DNA from: Synechococcus sp. Lanier
GTDB lineage: Bacteria; Cyanobacteriota; Cyanobacteriia; PCC-6307; Cyanobiaceae
Reading direction: 5' to 3'
Assembly: GCA_002151525.1 (NCBI GenBank)
Contig: MWMJ01000001.1
Location: forward strand, 48,383 to 112,382
Length of the DNA: 64,000 nucleotides
Shown: in pieces, positions 58,887 to 64,000 of the stretch
Layout: every line of letters starts with the position of its first letter
Position numbering within the stretch: position 1 is the stretch's first letter
Program-made: the position numbers and the translations under genes
The notes under the pieces: generated by a model
The model's database searches: none
What the model was told of the DNA's origin: nothing
Seen by the model: the letters and a program-made list of their open reading frames with translations, nothing else

Positions 58887-60663
58887 GATGCAATAAATCC
58901 CGAGCTGGATCAAGTTCCTGAACATAAATCTTTAATAGATCTCCAGGTGCAGCCCGATCCCTCAGCCGCGCTGGCAACTCCAATGCCCATGACTCTATTC
59001 TCACAAGCGCAAGGTTTTGATCCTCCCTAAGCCAGCGCAACATAACTCCATCTTGCGCTATTAACTTTGGCTTTAAACTTTCTAACCATTCCAGTAGGCA
59101 GCATCGTTGATCCTCCTTACTTATCTGGCCTACTTCTCTACTCTGCTGCTCTAATTTATCTAATAATGGGTTCATCAATTCCTTCGCTAGCGGTTCTGCA
59201 TCGATTAAATTGTGGTGTGTTAACCACTGCCTGTGTGCCAGCAGGTCGTTGTATCTACGAATTGGTGAGGTCCATTGCAGATAGGCAGAAAGGCCAAGGG
59301 CATGATGGGCTGCAGCTTCGCTTTGCAAACGGCTGCGCCCCAAACCAAGCCTTTGATGGGCCCAGCGCACAGCGCCTGCTGGTAAATCGATCAATTGATC
59401 AGGAGCCAAACTTTGATTGCCGGCCTGGCAGCGAAAGGGCATTGCTAATTGATGTTCTTTAGCCCAATTTGCTACGGCAGCACCAGCTAAAAGCATTGCC
59501 TCTGCCACCATTGCCCGTGAACAACCTGGCTCTGTAATTTCTAATTGAAGCCTTCCATCCATGCGTATAAACCGGCCCTCCGGTTGATCCATTAATAGGG
59601 CACCTTGGGCTTGCCTCCAATGGCGTCTGTTCTGAAGCAGGCTATTGATTTCGGCAAGATCAGCGTCCTGGGGCGGAGCCAGTTCAATTAGCTCATCTGC
59701 ATCGCTATAGCTAAGGGCATAGGTGATTTGTACCCAGGATCGAACAATATCAACCCCCACAATGCAGCTGTTTTGATCAAGGCAAATAGCCACGCTTATG
59801 GCAGCCTTTTTTGAACCGGGTGAGAGGCTTAATGGGCCACTGCCAAGGCCAATGGGAAACATTGGAACTAACTTGTGGCTGAGGTAGATACTTGATGCCC
59901 TTCGCTGTGCCTCAAGATCTAAGCACCCTCCCGGTTGAATTAATCGATGGGGATCTGCAACATGAATCCAGATCTTATCAATACCATCGGCTTGATGCTC
60001 GATGGAGATTGCATCATCAATTTCAACGGTGCATGGATCATCAATACTGAAGCTGCGCAAATGGCTGAGATCTATTCGCGCTGAATCTCCAGGCTGGCAT
60101 TCAGAAGCTATTAACACTAACCGATCCGCCTCTGCTAAGCACTCTGCAGGAAAATGTTCAGCTTCAAAAACTTCTGATTTAGATTTAATCTGAATAGCTA
60201 ATTGTTGACGTCGCCTAGCCTGACGCAACTGCTGCAATTCAGGCTGGGAGCGAACAAAAATTGTATCTTGGCGTACACGAAAAAGATCTTGTTTATTAGC
60301 AAGAGAAAGCCAACAGGCAGCTAGATCCGTGGGGCTGGGATTGGCAAATAGAAGCTTTGCAAATGAAATTAAATCAATGCCACCATCAAGCAAATTAAGG
60401 TCTATTAATCTTTGAGATTCAATCCATGCAGTTGAAAAAATAGAAGGTAGCAGGGGGATGGCTGCTAAGGCATCTGATAATAAATCAGGAGAAAAATTTC
60501 TTGAGCTGCCGATTAAGAAAATATCTCTGAATGAATACCATTTTGAAGTTTTTGCAGAAATAGAGTTAATTAATAATACTTTTCCTGGCCTAACGTCTGC
60601 AATAATAGCAAGCTTTGGGGTGCGTTTGTTAAACACATACCCAACTAAATCATTTGGTTGCAA
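58867..60663 (-). CDS. rnb: Ribonuclease II / RNB domain exoribonuclease
   Basis: SIDDPCTVEIDDAIS, WIHVADP, RASSIYL, HHALGL--Y---TSPIRRY-DL. Confidence 0.9.
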   Translation of the reverse strand: MQPNDLVGYVFNKRTPKLAIIADVRPGKVLLINSISAKTSKWYSFRDIFLIGSSRNFSPDLLSDALAAIPLLPSIFSTAWIESQRLIDLNLLDGGIDLISFAKLLFANPSPTDLAACWLSLANKQDLFRVRQDTIFVRSQPELQQLRQARRRQQLAIQIKSKSEVFEAEHFPAECLAEADRLVLIASECQPGDSARIDLSHLRSFSIDDPCTVEIDDAISIEHQADGIDKIWIHVADPHRLIQPGGCLDLEAQRRASSIYLSHKLVPMFPIGLGSGPLSLSPGSKKAAISVAICLDQNSCIVGVDIVRSWVQITYALSYSDADELIELAPPQDADLAEINSLLQNRRHWRQAQGALLMDQPEGRFIRMDGRLQLEITEPGCSRAMVAEAMLLAGAAVANWAKEHQLAMPFRCQAGNQSLAPDQLIDLPAGAVRWAHQRLGLGRSRLQSEAAAHHALGLSAYLQWTSPIRRYNDLLAHRQWLTHHNLIDAEPLAKELMNPLLDKLEQQSREVGQISKEDQRCCLLEWLESLKPKLIAQDGVMLRWLREDQNLALVRIESWALELPARLRDRAAPGDLLKIYVQELDPARDLLHLKATIY

Positions 60664-60695
60664 AATAAATAACGATGAAATTCACCGCCTATTGC

Positions 60696-60917
60696 CTATC
60701 CCTCAGGGTTAACAAAAGGCAAAAGGGCCATAATACGAGCCCTTTTAACGGAGTTGGTAAGATCCCTTTGCTGTTTCGCAGTAAGACCTGTCATACGACG
60801 GGGTAACAACTTGCCACGCTCAGTTATGAACTTTTTAAGTAGGTCGGTATCCTTGTAATCGATTGGGTCGCCTGGTTTGATCGGCGAAAGGCGCTTTTTG
60901 AAAAAGGAGCTAGACAT
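60696..60917 (-). CDS. rpsR: 30S ribosomal protein S18
   Basis: [25 protein letters not shown]...AKQQR...[14 protein letters not shown] at 60917. Confidence 0.98.
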   Translation of the reverse strand: MSSSFFKKRLSPIKPGDPIDYKDTDLLKKFITERGKLLPRRMTGLTAKQQRDLTNSVKRARIMALLPFVNPEG

Positions 60918-60996
60918 TGTTTGGGGTGCGTGTTTAAAAGTTTGCCAACTGCTGGCCTGAAAATGTTGGAATCCTATATGGACCCTGGGGCCGGCC

Positions 60997-61191
60997 TCAC
61001 TTGATTTCCTTATGAACCGTTGACTTGTTGCAGTGGGGGCAGAACTTTTTGATCTCCAACCGTTCGGTGGTGTTCCTACGGTTTTTTTCGGTGGTGTATC
61101 GAGACACACCTGGACTGCGCTTTGAGGGATTGGACCGGCATTCCGTGCACTCGAGGGTGATCACGATCCGGACGCCCTTGTTTTTGGCCAT
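60997..61191 (-). CDS. rpmG: 50S ribosomal protein L33 (Zn-ribbon CxxC/CxxC form)
   Basis: [18 protein letters not shown]...[23 protein letters not shown]. Confidence 0.98.
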   Translation of the reverse strand: MAKNKGVRIVITLECTECRSNPSKRSPGVSRYTTEKNRRNTTERLEIKKFCPHCNKSTVHKEIK

Positions 61192-61292
61192 AAGGACGTT
61201 GCGCCGCTTCTTACTAGCGGTGTGACAATCCACCACCATAGCTGATTGGGTGCGGCTAATCGGTAGGATCCGGCCGCTGTTGTTGCATCTCC

Positions 61293-63755
61293 ATGCGCGT
61301 ATCGCTGCAATGGCTCAAGGAGCTGGTGCCTTTCCAAAGCGAACCCTCAGCCCTGGCTGAAAAGCTTTCCATGGCTGGTTTTGAGGTGGATTCCGACGAA
61401 GACCTAAGCGCAAGGGCTAGGGGGGTTGTGGTTGGCCGCGTGAGCAGCAAAAACGCCCATCCCGATGCCACAAAACTGAACGTGTGTGAAGTGGATATCG
61501 GTGCTTCAAGCCCCCTGCAGATCGTTTGCGGTGCCAACAATGTTCAGGAGGGAATGGCCGTTGCAGTGGCAACTGTTGGCAGTTTTCTACCGGCTGTGCA
61601 ACTAACGATCAAGCCGGCTTCCCTAAGGGGTGTTGAGAGCGCCGGAATGCTTTGCTCACTTGCAGAACTAGGCCTTGAAAACAAAGTTGATGGGCTTGTT
61701 GATTTAGATCAGGTGGCCAAAGAGCTAAAGCAGGAATTGCCGGGCCTTGGCTTGCCCGTGGGACCTCTCCTCGGCCTAAACGATCGCATTTTTGAGCTGG
61801 CGGTTACCGCAAATCGTGCCGATGGTTTGTCGATGCTGGGTATTGCACGGGAAGTGGCAGCCCTAGAGCAACTAGAGGTGGAGCAACCGATGGTTAGCTG
61901 TGTGCCAACAGCACTAAATCTCAAAGGGAAAGACCTGCTCAAACATTCAGAACTGTTTTGTATTACGGAAATAGTGAATGTGCAGGTATCCGATTCGCCC
62001 CTATGGCTGCAGCGAAGGCTTGAGGCTGCTGGGCAGCGTCCAGTGAACAACGTAGTTGACATCACAAACCTAGTAATGCTGGAAACAGGTCAGCCGCTTC
62101 ATGCCTACGACCGTGAAAGCCTTAAATGTGATGATCCCCATGCATTTGGGCTTCGCTTTGCTAAAAAAGGTGAGTCAGTTCATTGTTTAGATGGAGTAGA
62201 GCGTGAATTAAACGAAAACAATCTACTTGTAACCAATCAAGAATACCCTGTAGCCCTTGCTGGGGTTATCGGTTGCCAGGCCAGTGCCGTGCAATCTCAT
62301 ACAAAAAATATCTATCTGGAAGCTGCAATATTTCCTGCCACCTCGATCCGTAAAAGCAGCCGGGCAGCCGGTATTCGCAGTGAAGCCTCAGCTCGTTTTG
62401 AGCGCGGTGTAGCAAAAGAAAACTGTGTAGCTGCAGCCAACCGTGCAGTTGATCTGCTTCTTCAATTAACTGGGGCAAGTATTGGTAATCAGTGGCTAAT
62501 AGAAACCGATCAAACAGCCACTGAATCAATACAACTACGCCGACTAGCGCTTGAAAGATTACTAGGACCCCTCGATAATGGGGAAGCTGGTTACGGAGAA
62601 ATTGAAAGCCAGGAAGTTGTGAATATCTTGAAGCGCCTTGGTTGCAGCGTTAGTAGTGAGGGTGAGCAGCAAAGCGAAAATGAGATATGGCATGTGAATG
62701 TGCCGCCATCCCGTAGTGGTGATCTTAAAAGGGAGGTAGATCTCATCGAAGAGGTGGCAAGACTAGTTGGCTACGACCGTTTTTGCAGCCATCTACCTGA
62801 TCCTGTGGAGCCGGGTGGACTGAGCGCAAAGGAACAACTATTGCGAAGGCTTTGCTTCGCCCTTAGGGGCGCGGGTCTCCAGGAGCTTATGCATCTCTCC
62901 TTGGTTTCAAAGGATTTAAATGCTGAATTAAATAACCAGGATCAAATAGCACTCACCAATCCACTGCTTGCGGATTACGGTCATTTGCGCACCAATTTGA
63001 GGGATGGATTAATTAATGCTGCGAGTAGAAATCTGCAGGCTCCACAGCCGGGTTTTTGGGGCTTTGAAATTGGTAAAATATTCAGTTTACACAAATCAAA
63101 TTATTATGAACAGGAAAGGTTAACAGGGATTATCTGTGGTTGTAATAAATCTGAACTATGGACTAATAGCGGCAAACAAAAATCAGTTGATTATTATGAG
63201 TGTAGGGGAATACTTACCAAGGCACTTAGTGAAATAGGTGTATCGCTGCAAGATATTGCCTTTGCTAAAGATCCCCAATTACATCCTGGCAGGTCGGTTC
63301 AGCTATTCCTTGAAGGTAAAGCGATAGGGGTATTTGGAGAAATACATCCTTCGCTTGCAGAAAGCCATGACTTAGGCGTTGGTAGCACTATATTTGATAT
63401 GGAATTAGAGCCTATATTAAGCGCTGCAAGCAGAGCTAACAAATTAACACCAATTTTTAAAAATTATCCCACCGTACCGGCTAGCGAAAGGGATATAGCC
63501 TTTGTTGTAAAAGAAACAATCCAAGTGAATAGTGTTTTAAATTCAATAGGGAAAGCAGCTGGGCCCCTACTGGAACATGTGCAATTGTTAGATCGCTACA
63601 AAGGGGCTCCAGTGGAAATAGGGTATTGCAGCCTTAATGTGCGCTTGCGGTTTCGATCGGAAGATACAACATTAAGGGACGAACAGGTTGAACCCCTAAT
63701 GAAAACTATAAGAGAGATGCTATTAGAAAAATTTAACGCACAGCTACGCGTTTAA
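61293..63755 (+). CDS. pheT: Phenylalanine-tRNA ligase beta subunit
   Basis: [65 protein letters not shown]. Confidence 0.98.
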   Translation: MRVSLQWLKELVPFQSEPSALAEKLSMAGFEVDSDEDLSARARGVVVGRVSSKNAHPDATKLNVCEVDIGASSPLQIVCGANNVQEGMAVAVATVGSFLPAVQLTIKPASLRGVESAGMLCSLAELGLENKVDGLVDLDQVAKELKQELPGLGLPVGPLLGLNDRIFELAVTANRADGLSMLGIAREVAALEQLEVEQPMVSCVPTALNLKGKDLLKHSELFCITEIVNVQVSDSPLWLQRRLEAAGQRPVNNVVDITNLVMLETGQPLHAYDRESLKCDDPHAFGLRFAKKGESVHCLDGVERELNENNLLVTNQEYPVALAGVIGCQASAVQSHTKNIYLEAAIFPATSIRKSSRAAGIRSEASARFERGVAKENCVAAANRAVDLLLQLTGASIGNQWLIETDQTATESIQLRRLALERLLGPLDNGEAGYGEIESQEVVNILKRLGCSVSSEGEQQSENEIWHVNVPPSRSGDLKREVDLIEEVARLVGYDRFCSHLPDPVEPGGLSAKEQLLRRLCFALRGAGLQELMHLSLVSKDLNAELNNQDQIALTNPLLADYGHLRTNLRDGLINAASRNLQAPQPGFWGFEIGKIFSLHKSNYYEQERLTGIICGCNKSELWTNSGKQKSVDYYECRGILTKALSEIGVSLQDIAFAKDPQLHPGRSVQLFLEGKAIGVFGEIHPSLAESHDLGVGSTIFDMELEPILSAASRANKLTPIFKNYPTVPASERDIAFVVKETIQVNSVLNSIGKAAGPLLEHVQLLDRYKGAPVEIGYCSLNVRLRFRSEDTTLRDEQVEPLMKTIREMLLEKFNAQLRV

Positions 63756-64000
63756 GAAGTGCTAGGGCCTCACAGTGGGTGGTTTGAGGGAAGAAATCTA
63801 ACGGTTGCACTGATAACAATTCCAACATTCCATCCGCACACAAACGTGATAGATCCCTAGCCAAGGTTGATGGATTACAACTAACGTAAGCTATCCGATC
63901 AGGGGGACAACTCTGGATAATATTAACCAATGGATCACTCAAGCCCTTGCGGGGTGGATCGAGAAGTAATGCATCAGTAATTGGCAATACCTCGGCAAGC
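63733..64000 (-). CDS. rlmD: 23S rRNA m5U1939 methyltransferase, C-terminal part (5' end outside window)
   Basis: LLDPPRKGL, YVSCNPSTLARDL, DFFPQTTHCE. Confidence 0.9.
   Translation of the reverse strand, partial: LAEVLPITDALLLDPPRKGLSDPLVNIIQSCPPDRIAYVSCNPSTLARDLSRLCADGMLELLSVQPLDFFPQTTHCEALALLKRVAVR

Noticed and set aside
367-62529. Numerous 60-150 aa antisense and alternate-frame ORFs in the track (e.g. 4013-4432, 7038-7490, 52628-53050, 59067-59462)
   Set aside because: They lie within well-supported genes, have no recognisable motifs and look like shadow ORFs.

Overview
Dense, almost entirely housekeeping stretch of a picocyanobacterial (Synechococcus/Cyanobium-type) chromosome. apcF and pcyA indicate a phycobilisome-bearing organism, although base composition looks only moderately GC-rich and is very uneven. 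It contains about 59 protein-coding genes for translation (rpsB, tsf, glyS, metG, pheT, rpsR, rpmG, typA, tadA, trmL, rlmD), carbon metabolism (rpe, glpX, glgC, gnd, pgl), tetrapyrrole/cofactor metabolism (pcyA, chlP, hemA, ccsA, cobW, cobU), envelope (lptABFC, PBP, lspA, M15/M23 peptidases, devBCA) and others. It also has one tRNA-Met, a cobalamin riboswitch and an rpsB leader RNA. I see no CRISPR array, transposase, integrase, prophage or defence system, and no multi-gene system that I can firmly call new. The best leads are: (1) a 51-aa highly basic ORF missing from the ORF track, between devA and the GT2-rpsB-tsf genes (candidate ribosome/RNA-binding microprotein); (2) a perfect 25-bp palindrome just downstream of the putative peroxiredoxin promoter; (3) the coupling of pcyA to a DevBCA/MacAB-like exporter; (4) a window-wide pattern of GC-rich peaks around promoters with AT-rich gene interiors; (5) a shared GATC-N6/7-GATC motif upstream of glgC and gnd. 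All gene calls come from motif and family recognition by eye; no searches were run.
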